From Callorhinchus milii (Eukaryota): 64,000 nucleotides of DNA. The translations under genes were made by a program, and so were the position numbers. The first letter of the stretch is position 1; the number at the start of each line of letters is the position of its first letter. Shown here piece after piece: positions 63,255 to 64,000 of the stretch. The notes beneath the pieces are model-generated. The model saw nothing but the letters and a program-made list of their open reading frames with translations. It was not told where the DNA came from and searched no databases. Location of the stretch: positions 103,418,001-103,482,000 of the forward strand of contig NW_024704743.1 of NCBI RefSeq assembly GCF_018977255.1, given 5' to 3'.

Positions 63255-63570
63255 ATCATCGAATCATAGAATTATACAGCACAGAAGGAGGTCATTCAGC
63301 CCATCTTGTCTGTGCTGGCTCTTTGAAAAGAGTTATCCAATGCAATCCCACTCCCCCGCACTCTCCCCATAGCCCTGCAAACTTGTCCTCCTCAAATAAT
63401 TATCTACTTCTTTCTTAAAAGTTGTTATTGAATCGGCTTTCACCACCCTTTCAGGCAATGCATTCCAGATCCAAACAACTGGCTGTGTGAAAAAATTTCT
63501 CCTCCTCTCCCCTGTGTTTCTTTTAACAACTATTTTAAATCAGTGTCCTTGGGTTACCAACCCACTCACC
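63255..63570 (-). mobile_element. CR1 3' end
   Basis: ATCATAGAATTATACAGCACAGAAGGAGGTCATTCAGCCCATC tail, same family as 28135. Confidence 0.88.
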
Positions 63571-64000
63571 AGCGTAAGATGCAGCGTAAGAGTCAGGTAT
63601 TAGCTGTAGCTAAGGCTTTGCCATTGTTTAAGACCTTTATCATGTTTACAAAAATGTGTAGGTGACTGAACGTTGTGTCCTTGCGATCCTGCACTGACCA
63701 GAAGTGAAAAGGAAAACATAGTGCTCCAAATCTTAAAAAAAAACTGATTTTTTGGCTCCTACAACACAGCTTTGTTAGCCTGTCTGGCAAACAGTGCAAC
63801 TAAAGTCTCTTGAATTGTTCTTGTATTTTTCATTGTCTCTTTGTTCAGTGAAGTGAAGCAGACACTCGTTAGAAGGTGTGTGGAAGAAAATGCATGCTGA
63901 ATGCTGTCTCTGAAAGACATACAGTTGAGTGTATCCAATTACATTATTGAGTGTCATACTGAAGTTAGGTAGCATATTGATAAACAAAATATGTCCAAAA

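Overview
This is vertebrate nuclear DNA, AT-rich and intronic or intergenic. The repeat complement suggests a cartilaginous fish, probably a chimaera/holocephalan, though that is inference. Repeats include degenerate L2 and CR1 LINEs, an abundant young tRNA-Ala-headed SINE with an L2-type 3' tail, and older DeuSINE/SacSINE1-like elements. I found no intact protein-coding gene. The long ORFs are either frameshifted LINE endonuclease/RT pieces or translations of simple repeats. Positions 1-44 kb and 57-64 kb are transposon-dense. About 48.5-56.5 kb is a CpG-rich, TE-poor, promoter-like domain with a candidate + strand first exon (donor at 53405). That exon is followed by an ~800-bp pentamer array whose minus strand reads like an Ig switch-mu region (GAGCT/GGGCT/GGGTT). 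Other notable observations: a SINE/L2 shared 3' stem-loop with loop variants, stepwise SINE subfamily evolution, an 80-bp inverted templated insertion beside a perfect hairpin, and a motif-rich 29-bp minisatellite. There is no evidence of prokaryotic systems, CRISPR, rRNA or a true tRNA gene. Boundaries of old repeats are approximate.
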